The notes below the pieces were generated by a model. It saw only the letters and a list, made by a program, of their open reading frames with translations, did not search any database and had not been told where the DNA came from. A program made the position numbers and the translations under genes. From NCBI GenBank assembly GCA_041685495.1, contig JAWLFR010000004.1:1-54101 (forward strand): DNA of 54,101 nucleotides, read 5' to 3'. This document shows, piece by piece, positions 40,867-50,043 of this stretch (position 1 is the stretch's first letter; each line of letters starts with the position of its first letter). The stretch comes from Bacteroidales bacterium (lineage in GTDB: Bacteria > Bacteroidota > Bacteroidia > Bacteroidales > VadinHA17).

Positions 40867-40996
40867 GTATTATGCATATTATTTATTGATAATTATCAGG
40901 ATATATGTTTTTTGTCCTCAATGTCAGTTGTTTAAAAAAATGAAGCTGATGTTTATAAATCATTATGTATGTAGTGCGCGGTATAATAAAATATTA

Positions 40997-41004
40997 TAAT
41001 TTTG
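40997..41004 (+). promoter_or_regulatory. -7 element (TAATTTTG) for the TPR operon
   Basis: TAATTTTGCA 19 nt upstream of ATG. Confidence 0.6.
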
Positions 41005-41023
41005 CATGAAACATTTTTAAGGG

Positions 41024-42421
41024 ATGGAAGACGAAGGTTTCGGATATATAGAGGAGGAGATACTGGAAATTGTCAGGCGCTATGAGCGCATGCGCAATAA
41101 CAATGAGAATGGTTTCTTTGATGTTGCAGAATTTGAGACAATCATTGATTATTATCTCGAGCTGAATGATGTGCTATATGCTTCTGAAGCAGCTGAGGCT
41201 GCCTCAGAGCAGCATCCTGCAGCTTTTTCCATACAGATAAGGAAAGCAAAGGTTTTTATCGATAAAGGCAGACCGGTGGATGCACTGAAAATAGCCAGGG
41301 TCATTGAAAAGATAGAACCAAGCAACTACGAGGTGTTGTTGCTTAAAGGTGCCGCCCTTGGTATGCTGGGCGACCTGAACGGTACAAGAAAGTATTTTGA
41401 TATGGCCCTCTCGGTTGATGAATCGGAAGAGGTTAATATACTGCTCAATATTGCCGGCATACTGAATAACCTTAACCATTACAGCCTGCTGACCAAATAC
41501 CTTAAGCGGCTGCTTGATCTTGAACCATACTACAGCAGCCATCTTTATGACCTTGCATATGCCTATGAGAAACTGGGTGAGCACAGTAACAGTATAAAGT
41601 ATTATGAAAAATATCTTGAGGAAGAACCTTTCTCAGATAATGCATGGTATAATGCAGGGCTTTTGTATGGGAAAAAAGGCATGCAGGAAAAGGCACTTGA
41701 GGCTTATGAGTATGCCCTGGCCATCAATCCCGATAACTACTTTGCCATTTTTAATATGGCCAATATATACAGCAGGGAAGGCAGATATGACGAGGCCCTG
41801 GAAGCATACCTCCATTACCTGGAGTTTGAAGAAGACAGCTCTGAGGCAATCACTTATGCCGCTGAATGTTATGAGAGACTGGGCAGGAGGGAGAAAGCCC
41901 TGGAAATGTATAACGGGGCTATTGATATTGACCCTGATTATTCTGAACCCTGGTATGGTATAGGCCTTATCCTGCTTGCAGGATCACCGGGAGAGAGCAT
42001 AAAATATTTCAGTAAGGCGGTATCCTTAAAGGATGATGAACCTGAATACTGGTTTTACCTGTCGGAGGCATATAGTAATTGTAACAGGCCGAAAGACGCC
42101 TTCCGTGCGCTTATCCGGTCGGTTAATATTAATCCTTATTATGATTCTGCATGGCTCAGGATGGGGGAGATAATTATTTCCGGACAGTACTACGGCCGTG
42201 CTGCAGGGATGCTGGAGAAAGGGATAAGGATAATAGGAGATGTACACGGAATAAGGTACCTGCTGGCTTCAATATATCTTTACCAGGGGCAGGAAGAAAT
42301 GTTTATGATGCACCTTGAAAAAGCCCTGGATGACTCCCCGGGCGATTACCGCTTCTTCAGGACTTTATTTCCTGTGCAGATGATAGATGAGAAAGCACAG
42401 ATTCTTATAAACAAACGATAA
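41024..42421 (+). CDS. Tetratricopeptide repeat protein
   Basis: Multiple 34-aa TPR units (AWYNAG...ALEAYEYALAINP). Confidence 0.92.
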   Translation: MEDEGFGYIEEEILEIVRRYERMRNNNENGFFDVAEFETIIDYYLELNDVLYASEAAEAASEQHPAAFSIQIRKAKVFIDKGRPVDALKIARVIEKIEPSNYEVLLLKGAALGMLGDLNGTRKYFDMALSVDESEEVNILLNIAGILNNLNHYSLLTKYLKRLLDLEPYYSSHLYDLAYAYEKLGEHSNSIKYYEKYLEEEPFSDNAWYNAGLLYGKKGMQEKALEAYEYALAINPDNYFAIFNMANIYSREGRYDEALEAYLHYLEFEEDSSEAITYAAECYERLGRREKALEMYNGAIDIDPDYSEPWYGIGLILLAGSPGESIKYFSKAVSLKDDEPEYWFYLSEAYSNCNRPKDAFRALIRSVNINPYYDSAWLRMGEIIISGQYYGRAAGMLEKGIRIIGDVHGIRYLLASIYLYQGQEEMFMMHLEKALDDSPGDYRFFRTLFPVQMIDEKAQILINKR

Positions 42422-42428
42422 TAATATT

Positions 42429-43196
42429 ATGATGGTTAATTTGCCGGACATGCCCGGGAGGAGTTCAAAACCAAGAAAGAACGGCCTTACCATGGTGATG
42501 GATAAAGGGCTGAGCACCAGGGAGGCAGAGGACCTTATGAGCGTGGGTAGTGAATATATCGATTTCCTTAAGCTGGGTTTTGGTACATCCGTCTTTACAC
42601 CCGCCGTAACGGATAAGATTAAGGTATACGAATCGGCAGGAGTACGGACATACCTGGGAGGCACCCTGTTTGAAGCTTTTGTTATACGTAATATGTTCGA
42701 TGAGTATGTGGCGCTGGTGGATAAACTGGGTATTACTACCGTGGAGGTTTCTGACGGCTCCTACGAGATGGACCAGGAGGAGAAACAGCAGTACATAAGC
42801 AGGTTATCTGAAAAATATTATGTGCTGTCAGAGGTGGGCTCAAAGAAAAAAGATGTTATATATACCCCTGAGGAGTGGGTAAAAATGATGGTGTCCGAGC
42901 TGCAGGCCGGATCTGAGATAGTTATAGCCGAGGCCAGGGAGAGCGGGACCACGGGTATTTATAATAGTGACGGTTCCGTTAATACCATTCTTATAGACAG
43001 GCTCTCCGCTGAGGTGGGCTTTGACACCATTTTATGGGAGGCCCCGCAAAAATCGCAACAGGCATGGTTTATCAGTCATTTCGGAGCCGATGTGAACCTT
43101 GGTAATATCTCACCAGCTGAGATAATAGCCCTGGAGTCGCTCAGGAACGGACTGAGGGGCGATACCTTCTTCACTTTTTTACAGCACGATAAATAA
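42429..43196 (+). CDS. comA: Phosphosulfolactate synthase (ComA family)
   Basis: KPR..GLTMVMDKGL, KLGFGT, EVSDG, SEVGSK, EARESG, NLGNI, LESLRNGLRGDTF. Confidence 0.9.
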   Translation: MMVNLPDMPGRSSKPRKNGLTMVMDKGLSTREAEDLMSVGSEYIDFLKLGFGTSVFTPAVTDKIKVYESAGVRTYLGGTLFEAFVIRNMFDEYVALVDKLGITTVEVSDGSYEMDQEEKQQYISRLSEKYYVLSEVGSKKKDVIYTPEEWVKMMVSELQAGSEIVIAEARESGTTGIYNSDGSVNTILIDRLSAEVGFDTILWEAPQKSQQAWFISHFGADVNLGNISPAEIIALESLRNGLRGDTFFTFLQHDK

Positions 43197-43199
43197 TTT

Positions 43200-44129
43200 A
43201 TGCGCAAGTTTACTGATTACAGCCTGCTTTTTTTCAAGGGTATGGGCATGGGGGCCGCCGACGTGGTTCCCGGTGTGTCCGGAGGTACTATAGCTTTTAT
43301 TACTGGTATTTACGAAGAACTGATCAGATCAATCAAGTCAGTTGACCTTGAGGCCCTCAAGCTGTTATTCAGGTTTAAACCCGTACTTTTCTGGAAAAAG
43401 ATTAACGGTAATTTCCTGCTGGCATTGTTTGCAGGCATACTGTTCAGTGTTTTCTCGCTGGCTAAGCTTCTCAAATGGCTTCTGGCAACTCATCCTGTAC
43501 TTATATGGTCTTTCTTTTTCGGACTGATAATAGCCTCCGCAATAGTTGTTATAAGGAAAATTACTGCATGGAATACTGTCAGGCTCCTGGCACTGCTTTC
43601 AGGTATCGTAATAATGTATTTTATTACACGCTTCTCACCTGCCGAAACAACAGAGGCCTACTGGTATGTTTTTATAGCCGGTGCCATTGCCATATGTGCC
43701 ATGGTGCTTCCCGGCATTTCCGGAGCCTTTATACTCCTTATCCTGGGCAAATACCAGTTTATCCTGACTGCTGTAAGCGAGTTTGACATACCTGTGCTGC
43801 TGGTGTTCGGTCTCGGTGTAATAGCCGGATTGCTAAGTTTTGCCAACCTTCTCTCCTGGCTTTTCCGGAAGTACCATGATCTTACCGTATCATTGCTTGC
43901 CGGCTTTATTATAGGATCACTGAACAAGATATGGCCATGGAAGGAAACGATGACTGTTGCAATGAATTCACATGGTGAAACTATACCTGTGGTGCAGCGT
44001 AATATTATGCCGCACACATATGCTGAAATTACAGGATCGGATCCTTTGCTCCTGCCTGCTCTGCTGCTGATGCTGGCGGCCTTTGCTGTTGTTATTGTAC
44101 TGGACAGGATAAGCCGACAGCCGGAATAA
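43200..44129 (+). CDS. DUF368 membrane protein (putative undecaprenyl-phosphate translocase)
   Basis: GAADVVPGVSGGT and AMVLPGISGA re-entrant motifs; multiple TMs. Confidence 0.9.
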   Translation: MRKFTDYSLLFFKGMGMGAADVVPGVSGGTIAFITGIYEELIRSIKSVDLEALKLLFRFKPVLFWKKINGNFLLALFAGILFSVFSLAKLLKWLLATHPVLIWSFFFGLIIASAIVVIRKITAWNTVRLLALLSGIVIMYFITRFSPAETTEAYWYVFIAGAIAICAMVLPGISGAFILLILGKYQFILTAVSEFDIPVLLVFGLGVIAGLLSFANLLSWLFRKYHDLTVSLLAGFIIGSLNKIWPWKETMTVAMNSHGETIPVVQRNIMPHTYAEITGSDPLLLPALLLMLAAFAVVIVLDRISRQPE

Positions 44130-44135
44130 ACACTA

Positions 44136-44882
44136 GTGATTATGAAACGATACGGACTTGTCGGTTATCCCCTGGGACATTCCTTTTCGAAGGACTATTT
44201 TATGAATAAATTCAGGAGAGAAGGGATAGAGGCTGTATATGATAATTACCCCCTTAAAGATTTATCAGGATTCAGAGAGCTGCCCGGACTCTATCCCGGA
44301 CTGGCAGGTTTAAATATAACAATACCGTATAAATCCGGGGTTATTGAGCATCTTGATGAACTGGACACTAAAGCTGCTGATGCAGGGGCTGTCAATGTTG
44401 TAAAGATAAGCTCAATAGGCGGGAACTGGTTTTTTAAGGGATATAATACAGATATTGACGGCTTTGTTTTATCACTGCTTCCACTGCTGGGTGACAGGAG
44501 GGGAAAAGCTCTTGTGCTGGGTACCGGAGGGGGCTCACTGGCTGTGCAGGCTGGACTGGAGGAGCTGGGGATGGAATATTCTGTTGTGTCGCGCCACAGT
44601 GAAAAAGCAACTTATACCTATTCTGATATTACATCTGATGTGCTGAAGGCCCACAGGCTTATTGTAAACGCCAGCCCGGCGGGGATGTACCCGGATACTG
44701 ATGTGGCTCCCGGTCTGCCTTATCATGCCCTTGGCAGCAATCATATACTTTATGATCTTGTTTATAACCCGGAAGTAACACTTTTTCTTAAGAAGGGAAA
44801 GGACAGGGAATGTATTACAAAGAATGGAATGGAGATGCTTTATATACAGGCTGAAAAAGCCTGGGAGATATGGAATGCATAA
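44136..44882 (+). CDS. aroE: Shikimate dehydrogenase
   Basis: GYPLGHSFS, NITIPYK, GAVN, NTD, GTGG, YDLVYNP, GMEML..QA. Confidence 0.95.
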   Translation: MIMKRYGLVGYPLGHSFSKDYFMNKFRREGIEAVYDNYPLKDLSGFRELPGLYPGLAGLNITIPYKSGVIEHLDELDTKAADAGAVNVVKISSIGGNWFFKGYNTDIDGFVLSLLPLLGDRRGKALVLGTGGGSLAVQAGLEELGMEYSVVSRHSEKATYTYSDITSDVLKAHRLIVNASPAGMYPDTDVAPGLPYHALGSNHILYDLVYNPEVTLFLKKGKDRECITKNGMEMLYIQAEKAWEIWNA

Positions 44883-44971
44883 AGGATGCAATTCTCATAA
44901 TATACAATACATGAAGTATTGAATTCATACGGTATGCAAGGAATGAAGCATATGGCTCATAAAGCAGCTTT

Positions 44972-45733
44972 TCAGAAAGGATAAGGGTATTCAACAAGGC
45001 TGAGGAAAAGCCCCCTGGCAGGTGCTGACATGCCGGCCTTACCGCGGTCTCGCGACTCAATAATTCTTACAAACTCATCAATACCCATCTTCCCCGAGCC
45101 TATATCCGTCATGGTACCTGTTATGGCCCTTACCATGTTTCTCAGGAACCTGTCGGCCCGTATGATAAAGATATATCCGTTGTCGGTGATAAACCATTTT
45201 GCATGGCTTATCTTACAGTTATTTGTTTTAACGTCAGTATGTAACTTGCTGAAGCTGCTATAATCCGTATACTGCATCAATATTTCCGCTGCCTTGTTCA
45301 TCTCTGCTACCGAGAGGCTGCCATAGCGGTACCATGCCAGGTCGGTCAAAAAAGGATCTTTATGCCTTATAATATGATATTCATATGTTCTTGAGACAGC
45401 ATCAAAGCGGGCGTGCGAGCCCTCCGGCACCCTGTAAATATTTTTAAGCTCAATATCCCCGGGCAGGTGCTTATTAAGCCTGAATACCAGCCCGTCTTTT
45501 TGCTCTTCAAGGTCGGTATCAGTATCAAAATGGGCTATGAAATAACGGGCATGCACGCCGGTATCAGTACGGCCACATCCCGTAAGGGCTGTTTCCTTTT
45601 GCAGCAGTACTGACAGCGAATTTTCAACAGTTTCCTGTACCGTAATGCTGCCCGGCTGTACCTGCCATCCATGATAGGAGGTGCCCCTGTAGGACAAGCA
45701 GATAAAATACCTGTGTTTTTTTGCCATATACAA
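44972..45733 (-). CDS. truA: tRNA pseudouridine(38-40) synthase TruA
   Basis: YHGWQ.QP, GCGRTDTGVHA, FLRNMVRAI; start TTG 45733 or ATG 45727. Confidence 0.97.
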   Translation of the reverse strand: MYMAKKHRYFICLSYRGTSYHGWQVQPGSITVQETVENSLSVLLQKETALTGCGRTDTGVHARYFIAHFDTDTDLEEQKDGLVFRLNKHLPGDIELKNIYRVPEGSHARFDAVSRTYEYHIIRHKDPFLTDLAWYRYGSLSVAEMNKAAEILMQYTDYSSFSKLHTDVKTNNCKISHAKWFITDNGYIFIIRADRFLRNMVRAITGTMTDIGSGKMGIDEFVRIIESRDRGKAGMSAPARGLFLSLVEYPYPF

Positions 45734-45768
45734 GTATAATGATCAGTGTTAATCAGGCTGTCTGCCTC

Positions 45769-47412
45769 TTACCAGAAGACAGTGTAAAGAAATGCCAGTA
45801 TAAGTAATATTATATAGGCTGCAACATTAAATGATTTACCTGTTTTAAATGTTGAGGCATAAAGCTTTATTCCTTTTGGATCATCGTCTTCCTTACTTGT
45901 GGTGAGACTGACTCCAAGTATTATAACCATGGTAATAATGCAGGTATAGAACATCTGATCCATCCAGGGCAGGTTCATGATATTAAGCTTGAGCAGTCCT
46001 GCTATTGGTATTGATGCTATTGCTCCCGTAATGGCTCCCCTGGCATTGGCTTTTTTCCAGAACAATCCCATCAGGAAAACAGCCAGTATACCCGGACTCA
46101 CCATACCCGTATATTCCTGTATATACTGGAATGCCTGTTCAATATTCTGAAGCTGGGGTGCTATAAGAATGGCGATTACAAGCGCTGCGAGTCCTGCTAA
46201 GCGCCCCACTCTCACTGTGACTTTGTCCGAAGAATTCTTATTGAAATACGGCCTGTAGATGTCCATGGTGAATATTGTAGACGTGGAATTGACCATGGAG
46301 GCCAGTGACGATACTATGGCTGCCGCCAGTGCAGCAACAACAAGCCCTTTTAGTCCCGCCGGTATGAAAGTCCCGATAAGCCATGGAAACGCCTTGTCAT
46401 AATTTGTTGTACCATCGGTCTTGGTAAATGCTTCCACAATTCCGGGTATAATGGTGGTGCCCTCCGGCTGGGTGTACATTACATAGACAATGATACCCGG
46501 TATAACTATAAACAGGGGTATTATCAGTTTCAGGTATGCTGCAAAAGCGATACCTCTCTGTGCTTCCTTAAGTGATTTGGCTGCCAGCGTTCTCTGTATA
46601 ATATACTGGTTAAAGCCCCAGTAATAAAGGTTGGCAACCCACATACCTCCAATCAGCACCCCTATGCCCGGCATATTGAAAAACTCGGGGTTGTCACGCG
46701 ACAGTATCATATGAAATTTCTCACCGGCAACATTATAAACATGGCTCATACCGTTTAAAACACCTCCGTCGGGTGTTACCTTATTAAGTGCAATGACAGT
46801 GGTGATTATTCCTCCCATCACCAGGAGGGCTACCTGTATTATATCAGTCCACGCTACTGCTGAGAGTCCCCCGTACAATGAATAGGCTGCAGCTACAAAG
46901 GCCAGAGCTATAATGGCCCATATAAGTATTGAGCCATCACCTGTCCCGATTATTGTATCTATAGCTTTTGCCCCCAGAAAGAGTACAGAGGTGAGGTTGA
47001 CAAAAACGAAGAGGGCAATCCAGAAAACTGCCAGTATAGTCTTAAGAGATTTATTAAACCTTTTTTCAACAAACTCCGGAATGGTATATATACCTTTCTC
47101 AATGAATACGGGAAGGAAATACTTTCCAACAATTATCAGGGTTGCTGCCGCCATCCATTCATAGGTGGCTATGGCAAGGCCTATGGCAAAGCCTGATCCG
47201 GACATGCCTATCATTTGTTCCGCCGATATATTGGCAGCAATAAGAGAGGCTCCTATTGCCCACCATGGCAATGATTTACTGGCAAGGAAATAATCCTCGG
47301 CATTCTTGCCTGTACCTTTCTTGTCGCGTGAAACCCAGAGCCCGAGAGCAATGAGCCCAACTGCATAAACAATAAAAATCAGGTAATCAATAAGAGCAAA
47401 GTTCCCGTTCAT
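45769..47412 (-). CDS. Sodium/sugar symporter (SSS family, vSGLT-like)
   Basis: YFLA.KSLPWW, AANISAEQ.IGMSGSG, YEW, YYWGFNQYIIQR; many TMs. Confidence 0.92.
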   Translation of the reverse strand: MNGNFALIDYLIFIVYAVGLIALGLWVSRDKKGTGKNAEDYFLASKSLPWWAIGASLIAANISAEQMIGMSGSGFAIGLAIATYEWMAAATLIIVGKYFLPVFIEKGIYTIPEFVEKRFNKSLKTILAVFWIALFVFVNLTSVLFLGAKAIDTIIGTGDGSILIWAIIALAFVAAAYSLYGGLSAVAWTDIIQVALLVMGGIITTVIALNKVTPDGGVLNGMSHVYNVAGEKFHMILSRDNPEFFNMPGIGVLIGGMWVANLYYWGFNQYIIQRTLAAKSLKEAQRGIAFAAYLKLIIPLFIVIPGIIVYVMYTQPEGTTIIPGIVEAFTKTDGTTNYDKAFPWLIGTFIPAGLKGLVVAALAAAIVSSLASMVNSTSTIFTMDIYRPYFNKNSSDKVTVRVGRLAGLAALVIAILIAPQLQNIEQAFQYIQEYTGMVSPGILAVFLMGLFWKKANARGAITGAIASIPIAGLLKLNIMNLPWMDQMFYTCIITMVIILGVSLTTSKEDDDPKGIKLYASTFKTGKSFNVAAYIILLILAFLYTVFW

Positions 47413-47444
47413 GATCAGAAGGTTTTGTTTTATTAAATCACTTT

Positions 47445-47452
47445 CAAAATTA
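47445..47452 (-). promoter_or_regulatory. -7 element (TAATTTTG) for the SSS transporter
   Basis: CAAAATTA on + strand. Confidence 0.45.
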
Positions 47453-47586
47453 GCATATATTATTATTTCCGGTAAAGACTTTTTTATTTAAAATTGATTT
47501 AAATAAGTTTGCAGAACTGGACCGGAATATTTTAAAAGTATCTTTAAGGCTCAGTCCCTGGAAACAGAAAATATTAAGTAAATAAA

Positions 47587-48630
47587 ATGAAGATAAAAAG
47601 AGGTTTTGCAAGTGATAATAATGCAGGTGTGCACCCGGATATAATGAAAGAAATGGAAAAGGTTAACCGGGGACATGTGGTTGGTTATGGCGATGACCCT
47701 TACACCAGGGAGGCGCAGGAGCTGTTCAGGATCATATTCGGGCCTTCCACGGAAGTGTTTTTTGTTTTTACCGGCACGGCCGCCAATGTTCTTGGACTCA
47801 CCGGTGTTACACGCTCATGGAATTCGATTATTACAGCCTTTACAGCACATATCGAGCAGGATGAATGCGGGGCACCTGAAAAATATTCAGGATGCAAGAT
47901 ACTGACCGTGGATACTCCTGACGGAAAGCTGAAAAAGGAGTTGCTGGCAAAACACCTTCATGGCTTTGATTTTGAACATCATTCACAGCCAGGGGTTGTC
48001 TCCCTGACACAGGCTACCGAGATGGGTACCGTATATACGGCAGAGGATATACGTGAACTTGCTGATTTTATACATGAACACGGAATGCTGCTGCATATGG
48101 ATGGTGCAAGGATAGCCAATGCAGCCGCTGCTCTTAACCTGCCGTTTCGCGACTTCACAACGGAAGCGGGAGTGGATGTGCTTTCTTTTGGCGGCACAAA
48201 GAATGGAATGATGTATGGTGAAGCGGTGTGCTTTCTGAAGGAAGGATTATCCGAAGATTTTAAATATATCAGGAAGCAGGGCATGCAGCTGGCCTCCAAG
48301 ATGCGTTATATCTCTGCCCAGTTTATTGCATATTTCAGGAATGACCTCTGGCTGAAGAATGCTTCTCATGCTAATATGATGGGTAGAAAACTGGCTGATC
48401 GCATAAGGATGATAGAAGGTGTACACTTAACTCAGAAGGTGCATTCAAACGGCGTTTTCCTTATTCTGCCGGCTGAGGTTGCGGAACAGCTTATGGATGA
48501 ATATTTTTTCTATCCATGGAATGAGGAACTGTCAGAATACAGGCTGATGACCAGCTGGGATACCACGGAAGATGATATTGAAGGTTTTGCTGTCCTGCTG
48601 GAAAAAAAGATGAAAGAATATAAGGGCTGA
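47587..48630 (+). CDS. ltaE: Low-specificity L-threonine aldolase
   Basis: FASDN, GYGDD, GTAAN, HMDGAR, SFGGTKNG (PLP Lys). Confidence 0.92.
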   Translation: MKIKRGFASDNNAGVHPDIMKEMEKVNRGHVVGYGDDPYTREAQELFRIIFGPSTEVFFVFTGTAANVLGLTGVTRSWNSIITAFTAHIEQDECGAPEKYSGCKILTVDTPDGKLKKELLAKHLHGFDFEHHSQPGVVSLTQATEMGTVYTAEDIRELADFIHEHGMLLHMDGARIANAAAALNLPFRDFTTEAGVDVLSFGGTKNGMMYGEAVCFLKEGLSEDFKYIRKQGMQLASKMRYISAQFIAYFRNDLWLKNASHANMMGRKLADRIRMIEGVHLTQKVHSNGVFLILPAEVAEQLMDEYFFYPWNEELSEYRLMTSWDTTEDDIEGFAVLLEKKMKEYKG

Positions 48631-48632
48631 CG

Positions 48633-48709
48633 GGGCCCAGGGCCGGCGAAGATAAGTGAAGAACAGCCGAAAAAGGGCCCAGGGCCGGTGAAGATAAGTG
48701 AAGAACAGC
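48633..48709. repeat. Two-copy 42-bp direct repeat between convergent ltaE and queA
   Basis: GGGCCCAGGGCCGGYGAAGATAAGTGAAGAACAGC at 48633 and 48675. Confidence 0.9.
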
Positions 48710-48718
48710 TGACAATGC

Positions 48719-49930
48719 TCAGGGCAGCAGAAGGGAGCTGTCTCCATAACTCAGGAACCTGAAATCATTATCCAGGGCATACTCATAGATATCCCTCCAT
48801 CTATCACCTGTAAAGGCAGCTACCAGGAGCAGCAGGGTGCTGCCGGGCATGTGGTAGTTGGTGACCAGTCCGTCTGCCATACGCATGCGGTACCCCGGTA
48901 CAATGATAATACCTGTCAGCGCCTCAAGATGATCAAGATTGTTTTTATCCATATAGTCCAGTATGGCTTTTAAATATATTTCAGGCCCGGCAGATGTTTC
49001 GTTATCATATGGATACCACTGCCCCAGGTATATCTCCTGTTCCGGGCAGGCTTCCCCCTTGCTTATCATATGACCTATCCAGTAAAGACTCTCCAGTGTG
49101 CGCAATGATGTTGTGCCCACCGCTATTATACGCCTGCCGGATATAATATTCTCAATCATGCTTCTTTCCACCCTGAAATGTTCCCTGTGCATGCTGTGCC
49201 CGCCTATTGTCTCTGTTTTTACCGGTATAAAAGTGCCGGCTCCCACATGCAATGTTACGGTTTCTTTTTTCACCCCTCTGTCGCCAAGGTCCGAGATAAC
49301 ACTGTCTGTAAAGTGCAGTCCGGCCGTGGGTGCTGCAACTGATCCGTAGTCCCTTGAATATATGGTCTGGTAACGTGTACTGTCTATAGCTTCATCTTCC
49401 CTGTTGAGGTAGGGTGGCAGCGGAACATGTCCGGCCATCTTAAGTATCTCGCTGAAGCACAGCTGCCCGTTATCCCAGCTGAAGCTGATAAGCGAGTCTT
49501 TGCTGTTTCTTTCAATTTCCTCTGCATATAATATTGTCTTTCCGTCTGACAGTGTCATCTCCAGCTTTTCCCCTTTCCACTTTTTCCTGTTGCCTGCAAG
49601 ACAGTTCCAGATTACCCTGTTCCTTGCTGAAAAGTTTTTTTCATATGAAGATGGCTCACGTGGCTCAAGGCAGAATATTTCAATAGCTGCACCGCTCTGT
49701 TTGCGGAATAAAAGCCTTGCCCTTATAACCCTGGTCTGGTTATAGACCATTATGTCGCCCCGCTTTAAATAGCTGTTTATATTCCTGAATATATCATGGC
49801 TTATTTTTCCGGCACGGTAAACAAGCAGCCTGGAAGAATCTCTTTCGGCCAGCGGATACCGGGCAATCTTTTCTCCGGGCAGATCATATATATAGTCTTT
49901 TATCCTGATATTCTTCGGATCATTTTTCAC
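48719..49930 (-). CDS. queA: S-adenosylmethionine:tRNA ribosyltransferase-isomerase
   Basis: Y.YDLP..IA.YP, PLPPY, YQTIY, VAAPTAGLHF, VGTTSLRTLE, FLSYGDS. Confidence 0.95.
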   Translation of the reverse strand: MKNDPKNIRIKDYIYDLPGEKIARYPLAERDSSRLLVYRAGKISHDIFRNINSYLKRGDIMVYNQTRVIRARLLFRKQSGAAIEIFCLEPREPSSYEKNFSARNRVIWNCLAGNRKKWKGEKLEMTLSDGKTILYAEEIERNSKDSLISFSWDNGQLCFSEILKMAGHVPLPPYLNREDEAIDSTRYQTIYSRDYGSVAAPTAGLHFTDSVISDLGDRGVKKETVTLHVGAGTFIPVKTETIGGHSMHREHFRVERSMIENIISGRRIIAVGTTSLRTLESLYWIGHMISKGEACPEQEIYLGQWYPYDNETSAGPEIYLKAILDYMDKNNLDHLEALTGIIIVPGYRMRMADGLVTNYHMPGSTLLLLVAAFTGDRWRDIYEYALDNDFRFLSYGDSSLLLP

Positions 49931-49988
49931 TGGCGGGTCCGGCTTTTCTTAAAGGTGTTAAATATCAACAAGCATTCAATAAGATGCA

Positions 49989-50006
49989 CAAAAATAACTA
50001 AATTTG
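49989..50006. promoter_or_regulatory. Back-to-back -7 elements for queA (49989-49996, -) and the aldehyde dehydrogenase (49999-50006, +)
   Basis: CAAAAATA and TAAATTTG. Confidence 0.5.
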
Positions 50007-50043
50007 TTCTTGTCACTAATGATAAGCAACCAAATCGTTTAAT

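Noticed and set aside
48628-48680. Selenocysteine readthrough of the ltaE UGA
   Set aside because: No convincing SECIS-like hairpin; the UGA is at the normal end of the domain, not at a catalytic Cys position
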